A stretch of 64,000 nucleotides of DNA from positions 11,602,873 through 11,666,872 of the forward strand of contig JASCQW010000128.1 of assembly GCA_030264375.1 (NCBI GenBank), read 5' to 3'. The DNA comes from Carcharhinus longimanus. Its lineage: Eukaryota. The notes beneath the pieces were generated by a model, which worked only from the letters and a program-made list of their open reading frames with translations, was not told where the DNA came from and made no database searches. The translations under genes were made by a program, and so were the position numbers. Below are positions 11,231 through 22,809 of the stretch, one piece after another. Every line of letters starts with the position of its first letter. Positions within the stretch are counted from its first letter, which is position 1.

Positions 11231-14200
11231 TCGACATCAAAAACAATAACCAACAACACCTAATAACCCCTTATGTTGCAGTACTCACAGCAGAACCTGC
11301 CTTTTACACACTGGTCTCTCAAGCTATCAGCACATGTACGCCATATGAAGCTACCCTTCTCTGAACAGATTTGATTTGTTAAATGCCCATCATCTAATGT
11401 AAATGGAAGGATGCCAATGAGACAGGAAAACTGTAAGTATTAAGTAATTTATTTCAGCAGTCAAGTAAATCATTTCATCTTTCAAGATTAAAGTGGGATG
11501 TAAGATCCTACCAACAGCTGCAGATTCATGAACTAAATCGTCAGATCATCTTTAAGCAGAAAATTTAGATGCAATTTTTCAACTTTTCTGAAGATCTCAT
11601 GAATCGTTGTCAAGGGCACTGTCAGTTATATACAGAAATTTTATCAGACACATGAAAAAATGGCAAAAATTCACCAGAACAATATGCGCTTGGTGTACAC
11701 CTCCTAATAAATAGTACTGGTCATAATTGTTCTGCTTATTGGCAAATAGTGAATTTATAAAATGGGCAAAAGATACATCATTTAAGAGATATATTCCATT
11801 TGCATCAAAAAATAAACACAAAAATAGACTTTCACTTTGTAAATTCATTTGTTTTTGTGGGAGGAATTATACAAGTCATTTTTCAGTGCAAATCATTCAT
11901 GTCATAGACATTTTTATTCATTAGTAAACAATGAAGACATTGACGCTCCGAGGACTTTTGGGGCGAGCTCATTATATGCAATCAATTTAGTGTAGCTGAC
12001 CACTGATTTGAAACTATGTTGTTTATTTTTTCTAAACTTTCAGAAATATGGAAAACCAATTCTTTATCTTGCCAGATTTATTACTGCAGGATTAGTATTC
12101 CATACTAAATTCAGAAAATTCATGTTATTAAACAATGTATTTCATTTTTCAATGTTCTGTTACTACGTGGCACAATAAGGGAGATTAATTGCTATAGTAA
12201 TGCATAAATGTTTTTCTTATTTTGCTGGAAAGGTGACAGACTGCCAGTGCTGGTATACATAGCATTTTGCAATAATATGAAGATTCTTACACAAAGCATA
12301 CTGCTCAGCAGTGGCAACATTGTACCAGGTATTTAGGCTGTCATAACATAAGTTCTTTTCAGAGCACTATGTCTACATTATTTTAAGGTATTGCCAGAAA
12401 TCAGAAAATGGCAATGATTTTTCTCTATCTGAAAGGGTGACCCCATTAATTGTATGATGATGGGAAATAATATATTTTCTACAATAGAATCTTATCTGAT
12501 CGTCATTTGCAGCAATTATTTGCCTTTAATAATCAAAAGCTGCTTTTCAAAAACTACATATTAGCATGTTGTGTGTACTTATGGTAATCTGTGTAGTTTG
12601 GTTGTAGAGATTGGATGAGTTGCAGTTCTGCATTGTTGAGTGACAATTACCTCAGTTACAATCATTAATTTGTATGATACAGCACACAAATGACTTGCTA
12701 ATTGTTTTTATTTGCAAAGGATTCTAAGGATGATTGCATAAGATACATTCCATCACAATGAGTTTCTAGTAATAAAACAGATTTTGAAAGGAGTCAGAGC
12801 AGGTGAGAACATTAGATACTGTATCCCTGGATGGGATGTTATTGGCCCTCAGGATGGGAGGCCAGAAAGCTGTAAATTGGGAGTCCCACCCTGGAAGATT
12901 TCACAGGTGGAGGACAGGAAGTGGACAGCAAATTTCCATACATAAAGGCCCAAGTATGCATCATTTTACACTGCATTCTGGATTGACCGGTGGCAGATTG
13001 ACATTCCGCTGTTTGAGGAAGCTGCCAGCTCAACAGGAGTGGCCTCCGAGCAGCAGCCTAGCGAGAATATTTCATGACGCAAAGGAATCCGCAGACCCCG
13101 CAGCCCCATGCAGCCAGAGAGGCCTCCCCAAGAGCTCTGTATTTTTTCTGTTTTACCTGCTGTTGGCCCCAGATCTGCTTCAGTGGTGGTGCTGCTGAGA
13201 TTGCTGAGCTACCAGTTCCCAGATTAGACTAGCTGCTCATGGGGGGTTGCTTACTATGATCATATTGAATGTCAGAACAGGCTCAAGGGGCAAAACAGTT
13301 CAGCCCAAGCTCCTACTGCATATGTTCTTTTGCTAGGCAGTGATTGGTGTCAATGTTCAGTGCTTTCAACATTGATACCAGACCCCACAAAGTTCCACAA
13401 CATTAAAGATGGGCATGAAACCTCTGATTATCATCTACTGCCCTTCCTCAACTGATGAATCAGCATTCGCCCATGTTGAATACTACTAAAGGGCTGAAAG
13501 TAGAAAGTGCAGAAAATGTACATTGTTTTGACATTTCAACATCCATTAGAAAGGATGACTTCGTGACACCATCCCTAACTAAGGTGGATGAGTTCCGAAG
13601 GGCATTTCTGCCATTCTGCATCCGAGCAAGGTGGTGAAAGACCGCTAAGAAGGAAAACGCTGCTTGACCTCATCTTCACCGATCTGTCAGAGATTCATTT
13701 GTTCTTGATAATGTTGGTAGCTGTGACTATCAATTACCTCACAGTTCCTGTTGGGAGTTAGTCCTAACTTAACATTCAGGGCACAATACTCTATGGCATT
13801 ATCACTGTGTTAAATGGGATAGATTCGTAACACATCTAGTAGTTCAAAACTGGGGAGACATGAGAAGCTGTGGATATCAGCAGCAGTAAAGTTGTATGCC
13901 ACACAATCTGTAAACTTCACAATGCAGCGAATCCCCCGATGTTTAGTGTCAAGCTAAGGGATTGTAGGCGAGGTGCATGCCTAAAAATGCAGTGTCAACA
14001 TGGGGAAGTTACAACACAGGACTACCTACATGCTCAACACTGCATAGACAGAGCTAAGAGATCCCACAATCAACAGATCACGTCAAAACTATGCATGTCC
14101 TCACATCTGCTTGTGAATGGTGATGCACAATTAAACAACAAACAAGTGGAGAATGATACACAAATATCCCCAACCTCAATATTGGTGGAATCCAGCATAT

Positions 14201-14807
14201 TAGTACGGGAGACAAAGCTGAAGTATTTGCAACCATTTTTAGCCAGAAGCACTAAACGCATGATCCAACTTGGCTTCCTCCAAATGTCCTTATCGTAACA
14301 GATCACAGGATTCAGTTCTCTGCACAGGATACTAAGAAAGCACTGAAAAGGCTCTGGGCCCATCCCAGCTGTAATGAAGAAGATTTATATTCCAGAAACA
14401 GCTGCACCCCTAGCCAAGTTATTACAGTAAAGCTACAGCCCTGGCATTTACCTGACAATGTGGAAAATTGCCCAGGTTTGTCCTGTCTACAAAATTCAGA
14501 GCAAGACCAATCCACCAATTAAACTCCAATCCCAATCTCCCCAACCAGTTTGCTTTCAATGGTCAGCATAGCAGTGAAAGCTGTGGTCAACAATTCTTTC
14601 AAGCAACATTTACTCACCAATAACTTGCTCATCAGTGCTCAATTTGGGTTGCGACAGGACTACTTGGCATCTGTACAACCTTGATCCAAATGTGGGCAAA
14701 AGAGCTGGGTTCTAAACATTCAGTGAAAGTGACTGTACTTGGCATCAAGAAAACACTTGGCTGAGCCTGGCATGAAGGAATCCCAGGATAAATGAAGCAA
14801 AAAAAAG

Positions 14808-15352
14808 GGTGGTACAGCTGTTAGCACTGCTGCCTCATGACACGGGTTCAATTCCAGCCTAGGGTGACTGTTTGGAGTTTGCACATTCTCCCATGTCTGT
14901 GTGGGTTTCCTCCAGGTGTTTCGGTTTCCTTCCACAGTCCAAAGACGTGCAGGTTAGATGGATTAGCCATGGTAAATGTGTGCGGTTAAAGGGATACTAT
15001 GGGTGCAAGGGCCTGAGAAAGATGCTCTGTTGGAGAGTCAGTGCAAACTCATAAGAACATAAGAAATAGGAGCAGGAGTAGGCCATCTAGCCCTTCGAGC
15101 CTGCCCCGCCATTCAATAAGATCNNNNNNNNNNNNNNNNNNNNNNNNNNNNNNNNNNNNNNNNNNNNNNNNNNNNNNNNNNNNNNNNNNNNNNNNNNNNN
15201 NNNNNNNNNNNNNNNNNNNNNNNACTTCCCCGGAATCCAGCGATGTTTGGAAAATAACCACCAAGGCATCCACTATCACCTCCGCCATTTCTTTCAGAAC
15301 TCAATGGGCTGAATGGCCACTTACTGCACTGTAGGGATTCTATGATTTTATG
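14808..15352 (+). mobile_element. V-SINE (HE1-like) split by a young CR1 insertion
   Basis: Head ggtggtacagctgttagcactgctgcc and V-domain; body stops at ...gtgcaaactc (15050) and resumes after about 15300 with aatgggctgaatggcc...gtagggattctatgatt. Confidence 0.8.
15050..15297 (-). mobile_element. Young CR1 LINE spanning an assembly gap
   Basis: Tail cataagaacataagaaataggagcaggagtaggcc on the left; RT-region peptide AEVIVDALVVIFQTSLDSGE on the right of the N run. Confidence 0.8.
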
Positions 15353-15617
15353 AATAGAAATTAGGGAAAAAACACGCAACTGGCTGGAGTTGTAGCTAAC
15401 ATAAGGATGGATGGTTGTAATTGGAGGCCAAACATCTTAGCCCCAGGTAATCATTGCAGGAGTTACACAGGGTAGTGTCCCAGGGCTTCAACTATGAGCT
15501 TCCCTCCACCAGAAGTAGGGATGTTCACAACGTGCAATTCCATTTGCAACTCCTCAGATACTGAAGCAGCCATGCCCATATGAAGCAAGACTAGGTCAAC
15601 ATTCAGACTTCGGCTAA

Positions 15618-15815
15618 TAAGTAGTCTCACAACACCAAGTTAAAGTCCAACAGGTTTATTTGCTAACACGAGCTTTAGGAGTGCCGCTTCTTCATCAGGT
15701 GAAGGAGCAGTGCTCCGATCGCTTGTGCTACCAAATGAACCTGTTGTACTTTAACCTGGTGTTGTGAGACTACTTACTGTGCCCACCCCAATCCAACGCC
15801 GGCATCTCCACATCA
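15618..15815. mobile_element. PLE-derived inverted-repeat insertion with tail
   Basis: Minus arm 15618-15701, plus arm about 15700-15780, tail to 15815; the junction lies in the hammerhead core (ttcatcaggtgaagg). Confidence 0.75.
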
Positions 15816-18473
15816 TCTACAGCAAGGGATAATCTGACCATCTCCTGTTGATATTTAACTTTAATACCATCAAGTATTCATATGATTTTGTGAATAGAAA
15901 TTAGTGGAAAAACACCTGACTGGCTGGAGTTGTAGCTAACAAAGATGGTTGTAGCTGGAGGCCAAACATCTTAGCCCTACGTAATCATTGCAGGAGTTAT
16001 TCAGGGTCGTGTTCTCGGGCAATCTTTAGTTGCTTCAACTATGAGCTTCCTCTATCAGAGTCCCTCACCATCAACATCCCGGGGGTTACCATTGACAATA
16101 ATCTGAACTGGACCAGCCATATAAATACTGAAGCTTGAAGATGTCAGAGGCTGGTAATTCTGTGGCAAGTTACTCACCTCCTGACTCCCTGAAGCCTGTC
16201 CACCAGCAACAAGGCACAAGTTAGGTGCATAATGAAATACCTTCCATTAGCCTGGATGAATGCCCAATAGCACACAAGGGGCTTGACACCATCAGGACAA
16301 AGCAGCCAGTTTGATCGATATCCCATCTACCACCTTAAACGTTTACTCCCTCCATCACAGAAGCACAGTGGCAACACTCTGTACCATCTTCAAAGAGGCA
16401 CTGCAGTAAACTTTCCTTTAATGGCACATTCCAAACCAATCACCTCTATCACCGAGAAGAATCAGGGCAAGAGACACATGGAAACACTGCCACCTTCAAA
16501 TTTCTCTCCATCTTGACTTGGAGCAATATCACCATTCCTTCACTGTCACTGGTTAAATTCCTGGAGCGCTTGAACTAACAGCACTGGGGTTTAGTTACAT
16601 CACATGCATTGCAGCAGTTCAAAAAGAGATCTTACCACCACACTCTCAATAGCAATCAGAAATGAGCAATAAATGCTGACCTTGTCTGTGACGTTTATGT
16701 TTCATGAACAAATTAAAAAAATGTCAGTGGTTGTTATTCTTTTGATATACTGATCTGTAGGTTACCCTGATCATTTGTCAAAATCAATCACTGTAACAGG
16801 ATTCTGGTGCAGAACATGAGGCTGCACAGTAAACAGTACTCTGGGATCCATCCCACAAATTGTAGTTTCCAAAACAAACAGAAATACTTCAATTAGCGGC
16901 AAATGTGGCATAAACGTCTTGGGTTTCTTTTGCAGAATTCTCTTTCACACACTTGCTGGTTTCAATTTCTTTTGAATGAAAAAAACAGTCAATCAGGAAA
17001 TATCCTTCTGAGGACAAATCTGATGATTCCAGGGCTCGAACTTGCTAAGTGAAGCTACTTATTGGAACAATCAGTATTTGCTTAAAAGCATTGACACCTG
17101 AAGAAAATTTCCCTCTGACATTTTTGACACAGAAAATATTTATGGTATGTAGAGATTGGAGACAAGGAACCCAAGCATTTACACCAAACAAGCAAACTGC
17201 GCCAAGATTTAATTGATTGGCTTACCAGACACTGATTCTATTGCTTCAAAATTTCTTTTCTCAAAATGTAATCTTGAAGTTAAAACCTGAACAGAACAAC
17301 TAGTATGATCAAAACTATCAACTGAAATAAAAAAAAGCTAAAACCACCAGGGGAATATCACCAGTAAACTGTCGGACAGGAGAAAGGAACTGCTATGAAC
17401 TTTCGGCACTGGCACATTTAGTTAAGCTGACCGTGTCTTTACTCAATAAACTTCCAATACAGTCATTGTGGATTAAATTTTCATCTGGGAGCAGAGGTAT
17501 GTTTCAGTGCAAATGGCCACTTTTTTTTAAAAGAGGAAATCCATTGTCCTTCTGCATTCTTTATACCATACCATGTTTTCTGGTCTTTCTGCTGGTCAGG
17601 AATGCTCTGTGTATAAAATGCACAACTGCACCCACTGTGGTTGGCTTCCCAATTTAATGGGGGTGGGGGTGAGCAATGGATTTCTTCCTGCAAATTATTT
17701 TCATCTGGCAGCATGAAAACCCATTAAAAGCACAATGAAATTTGAAAATGTGTGAAGAAAATGGGATGTCTGCAGGGAAGTCGTCAATGTTCTGAAAGGT
17801 GAGCATAAAATGTTCTGATACTTCCAAAGGGCACTATTAGGTGCCAAGTTATAATGTGCATGTGTTTCAATGCAGCGACTGATCATGATGGGTCTGTCCT
17901 GCAAAGATAAATTAATCCTTACATTAACTAGCATTGTACAATTGTACACATGCTTTACAGTACTTTCCAAATGGAGAAAATCCCATCATATATTAAAAAA
18001 TGTAAAAGAAAAACCTTCTATTCTCATGTTGTGATCTGATTTAATTGGACTGGTCCTTATGGCTGTCTGAAAGTAGACAAAATGGTCTGCGCTTGTTCCC
18101 CCTTCATTGCTTGACAGGTATTCTGCTTTGAAATAGAAATAGAAATCTGTTCTGTCAGTGGATCTCGAAGCTTTTGTTACAACAGCTGTTCCATTATGAA
18201 TGCTTCACTGCATTACAAAAACTTGAGCTCAGTAGGTAGTCATATTGATCAAAGAACTATCAAAATGTTTACAATTTTATAACGTCAGAAAATGGGTTTG
18301 ATGTGGCTCCTTGTTTATTTACAAATCTAATAGGCACTTAAATGATTCCTACTTTTTCTCTTGGATTTTTCGATCCAAGATCAAGGAGAGTGAGTGTGAA
18401 TTCAGGGTTTCTTTAAATTATTAGAGGTTTAACTGTTTTTCTATTTTAAAACAATGCAGATTACTTGGCTTCT

Positions 18474-18960
18474 GAGAGACCTGGGGGTGCAAGTGCACAA
18501 GTCTTTGAAGGTGGAAGTACAAGTGGACAAGGTTGTGAAGAAAGCCTATGGTATGATAGCCTTTATAGGAAGGGGCATAGAATGTAAGAGCTGGAGTCTC
18601 ATGTTGCAGTTGTATAGAACGTTGGTTAGGCCGCATTTGGAGTACTGTGTCCAGTTCTGGTCACCTTACTACCGGAAAGATGTGGAGACCCTGGAGAGAG
18701 TGCAGAGGAGGTTTACCAGGATGCTGCCTGGTATGGAAGGACTGGGTTATNNNNNNNNNNNNNNNNNNNNNNNNNNNNNNNNNNNNNNNNNNNNNNNNNN
18801 NNNNNNNNNNNNNNNNNNNNNNNNNNNNNNNNNNNNNNNNNNNNNNNNNNCCCCCCCCCCCCCCCCCCCCCCCCCCCCACTGGTGGTGTTAAAATGGCAG
18901 CGCGGGCTCGTTGGGCCGAAGGGCCTGTTTCCCAGGCTGTTTTGTTCTTTGTTCTCTTTG
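18474..18960 (+). mobile_element. CR1 LINE 3' end spanning a gap
   Basis: RDLGVQVHKSLK...LYRTLVRPHLEYCVQFWSP...LERVQRRFTRMLPG; tail gggccgaagggcctgtttcc after the gap. Confidence 0.9.
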
Positions 18961-20299
18961 AGAACTGTAAATAGTGTATTACAAGTGAGTGTCTATGGAG
19001 GAAGTATGGAGGGGGCACATATAGAAGTTGTATGGGGCGATTTGCAAATGTGGCGTGGCATGGCATTGGGTGGCACAAATAATGTGAGGGGCATGGATCA
19101 GGCACAGGGAATGTGAAATGCCATGCCATGGGGTGTGAGGGGAGTAAAGAGAGCGAGATTTAGAGGGCCTTTAAACCATGTTGGCAGCTGGATTGTTGTG
19201 GTGGAGAACCAAGGAAGTCCAACTAACTGGCCCATTTCCTCACCCGTACTCCATTCCAGTTTGCAAAATGCACTGCACACCCAAATGTGTGAAAAGATGA
19301 AAATAGTAAGCAAGTCACAAATGGGTCAGGGGTGCATTTTGCAAGCCACTAAACGGCGCAGATCAGGTTTTCCTGAACCTAGATGAAAATTCAGCCTCAC
19401 ATATCAACAATTATTTCAATGGCTGTAAAATTTGAAAGGTCCAATATAAATGCAACTCCAACTTGTCTTGTCAAGACAGCAATGGCCATATCATGAAATA
19501 TGCTCCTTCATCAGCCACATTAAAACTCTCCACTCTTGAAGAATTTACTTGCAGCCATACTAATTCAAATGATTTTCTTGAAAACCTGAAGAATCTTCAC
19601 AGCAAATTGGCTATCAGTTTACCCACATTTGATCTTGATAATTAATGGCAGATCTCCAGAGGGTTCCCTTTTGATCCCCATCCCTTTATGCATCTGAGTT
19701 GCTGAAAATATCAAATATTCATATGACAATATGTTCCTAGCCAGAAACATTTCATCTTAACATCTGCTCGTGTTATCGAACACTGCAACAGTAAAGCACT
19801 TCCCTTTCTTTCCCTTGCAGCAATCTTCTTGCAGTATGCATCTGTAATCAGTAGCAGTCAAAATCACAGTATCTCCTTCCAATGAATTAGATATTAACAT
19901 AACCGTCTCCCAATAAAACCAGCGATGTCAATCATAAGACGACCCGGTTTCCGATCTTTAAAATTAGCCATTATGAAAGTTTATTCTTCAATGTTGACAA
20001 TGACATTGGGTTCCTTTGAACGTAAAGCATAATCTGAGAGGATAGTCAAGTAAATCGGTAAAATGCTAGCTTGGAAGAAAGAAGGGGTAGGCTGCAGTGG
20101 AGAATACCAGCACAGACTGGTTGGGGCAATTGGCCTACTTGCATGCCATATATCCTACATTGTCGACATCTAAGTGCCTTGCAGGTGAGCACAACCAAAC
20201 ACAGTCTTCCAAACTTCCTAATGACAGCAACAGTGGAAGATTTTGTTGGATTCAGATTAAACAAGTCTATAACATTGCCCAGCTGCTCCCTTCGCTTTT

Positions 20300-20645
20300 G
20301 GCCTCTTGCTATTCTTCCATTAATCCATCCAGTGGTTTGTAGGCATTCTAACCCTTCTGCAAGGATAGCATGATTGAAGAATTCAACTTATCGTTTTCTG
20401 ATATTATCTAAAAGTACTCTAGTTCTTCCAGGTATCCTTCAGTTCTTGTTTGTTCTCCACCCAGCTTACCCTTAGGATTTTTCTCAACCACATTTCAAAG
20501 CGGTTTTTTGCTCCTTCCTCTCTCCCAATGCTCCAAGCATCACATTCATAATTCATTCCTGACCAGACATAACATTTTAATGTGCAGAATTTAATTTCAA
20601 GAATCAAGCCACATTTCGAACAATGTTGTTAAGTTTGTAAAAATT
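20300..20645 (-). mobile_element. RTE-clade LINE C-terminal remnant
   Basis: LKCYVWSGMNYECDAWSI...FEMWLRKILRVSW is typical of RTE ORF C-termini. Confidence 0.7.
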
Positions 20646-21329
20646 GGCTTGCCCAAACCACGGGAGAGTGAGAGCAGAAATGGAATGAGGTGGAGAGTGA
20701 ATGCGTGGCTGAGGGACTGGAGCAGGGGGCAGGGATTCCAGTTCCTGGATCATTGGGACCTCTTTCGGGGCAGGTGTGACCTGTTCAGTAAAGACGGGTG
20801 GCACTTGAATCCCAGGGGGACCAATATCTTGGCAGGAAGATTGGCTAGGGCTACTGGGGGGGCTTTAAACTAGAAAGGTTGGGGGAAGGGAATAGAGATG
20901 AGGAGACAGAGCGAGGAGGTTAGCTCCCAAGTAGAGAAGGACTGTAAACAGTATGAGAGGGAGGTTAGACGGGTAATGGAGAAGGGAAGTGCCCAGACCA
21001 AGGGTCTGAGATGTGTCTATTTTAACGCCAGGAGTGTAGTGAACAGAGTAGATGAGCTTAGGCCGTGGATTGCTGCTTGGGAACGTGATGTGGTGGCCAT
21101 TACAGAGACTTGGATGTCTCAGGGATAGGACTGGGTACTTCAGGTGCCTGGATTCAGATGTTTCAGGAAGGACAGGGAGGGGGGCAAAAGAGGTGGCTGA
21201 GTGGCACGGTTGATCAGGGACAGTGTCATGGCTGCAGAGAAGGTGGATGCCATGGAGGGACTGTCTACGGAGTCTCTGTGGGTGGAAGTTAGGAACAGCA
21301 AAGGGTCGATAACTTTGCTGGGTGTTTTC
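20646..21329 (+). mobile_element. CR1 LINE internal fragment (ORF1 esterase end and ORF2 endonuclease start)
   Basis: ORF1 'NAWLRDW..GFQFLDHW..DGWHLNPRG' (SGNH DxxH motif); ORF2 'CVYFNARSV..DVVAITETW' (APE endonuclease). Confidence 0.9.
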
Positions 21330-21429
21330 NNNNNNNNNNNNNNNNNNNNNNNNNNNNNNNNNNNNNNNNNNNNNNNNNNNNNNNNNNNNNNNNNNNNNNN
21401 NNNNNNNNNNNNNNNNNNNNNNNNNNNNN

Positions 21430-21768
21430 CAGGTTAAAGTCCAACAGGTTTATTTGGTAGCAAACGCCACTAGCTTTCAGAGTGCTGTTCATTCGTCAGG
21501 TGAATGAGAGTTCTGTTCATAAACAGGGCATATAAAGACACAAACTCAGTTTACAGAATAAGGATTGGAATGTGAGTCTTTGCAGCTAATCAAGTCTTAA
21601 AGGTATAGACAATGTGAGTGGAGAGATCGTTAAGAACAGGTTAAAGAGATGTGTACACAGCTGTATACAGGCGTTTGCTACCAAATAAACCTGCTGGACT
21701 TTAACCTGGTGTTGTGAGACTTCTTACTGTGTTTATCCCAATCCAATGCCGGCATCTGCACATCATGA
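21430..21768. mobile_element. PLE-derived inverted-repeat insertion with tail
   Basis: Long minus arm 21430-21655 with hammerhead core at 21468-21502; short plus arm 21670-21730; tail ending cacatcat. Confidence 0.75.
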
Positions 21769-21990
21769 TTACCACGGTGCACATCATCTTGCATTGGAGT
21801 ATTAACCCGTGTCTACTAGTTTCCTTTACAATGAGCTTGATTAATTTTTGAAAAACTTCTTCATTTTGTTGCTGTAAGTATGGTGTCATCAGCATAGTAG
21901 ATGTTGCAAGTTACTCTTCCTCTGACCATTAAACCATCCATCCCTTCTGGGAATACAATCACTTTATAGGCAGAACAGTCTATCAATAGT
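21769..21990 (-). mobile_element. RTE-clade LINE RT core remnant
   Basis: EGMDGLMVRGRVTCNIYYADDTIL (YADD catalytic motif), then ..KETSRHGL; same orientation as 20300-20645. Confidence 0.75.
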
Positions 21991-22394
21991 CCAGTGCAAA
22001 AACAGTTTTGTTTAACCCTTTTTGATTGTTTCCTAATCATTGATGTGTGTATGTATGTCCATAAGAGAGACAGACAAAATGTGAGTAGAGAAAATAAGTG
22101 TGTGCGAGTGCATGTGCGTGAATTTGCATGCGCGCGTGTGTGCACGCACGGGTGCACGCGTGTATGTGCAAGTGCGCACGCATGTGTGTGAGCACTTGTG
22201 AGTGACCACGTGCGCGCGAGTGACTGCGCATGTGTGAGTGACTGTGTGCATGATTGCGCACGTGTGGGACCGTGTGTGAGAGATTGTGTGCATGTGAGAC
22301 TGTGTGTGTGTGTGTGTGTGTGTGCCTGCGCGTGCGCGTGCATGAAAGAGTGAGGATGTGTTTGAGAGTGAGTGTGTGCACATAAGGGAGAGTT

Positions 22395-22722
22395 TCTTTT
22401 CCCTTATCCTTCATGAGATGTGGGTGTTGCTAGCACAGTCAGCATTTGTTGTCCATCCATAACTGCCTCCGAATTGTGTGGCAGTCAGCCAGACCAGGGA
22501 AGGATAGCAAATTTCCTTCCCTAAAGAGCATTAGTGAAGCAGATAGATTTATACAACAATAAGCAATTCATTCATCGCCATTATTAGACTTATAATTTTG
22601 GTTTTTTGTTTTTACTGAATTCATAGTTTATGCCATGGTGGGATTGGAACCTGGGTTCCAGAGCTGTAGCCATTGGTCTCTGGATTACAAGTCCAATGAT
22701 AAGACCACTATTTCATCACATC
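22395..22722 (-). mobile_element. tRNA-derived SINE, second family, with CR1/L2-group tail
   Basis: Reverse complement has a tRNA-like head (atagtggtcttatcattggacttgtaatccagag...ggttccaatccc), body ggaaggaaatttgctatcc and tail ggatggacaacaaatgctg...cccacatctcatgaa; homologous to 55955-56350. Confidence 0.7.

Positions 22723-22809
<87 letters not shown>

Larger units (their letters stand above)
13620..16720 (+). mobile_element. Long decayed CR1/L2-group LINE carrying nested insertions
   Basis: Endonuclease end (LDLIFT at about 13662), RT-region homology to 29845-30400, 3' region homologous to 38140-38785, tail gcaataaatgctg...aaaaaaa. Confidence 0.7.

Noticed and set aside
18454-19129. 220-aa ORF with poly-proline
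   Set aside because: CR1 fragment joined through an N gap to a poly-C run at the gap edge, probably a sequencing or assembly artefact.
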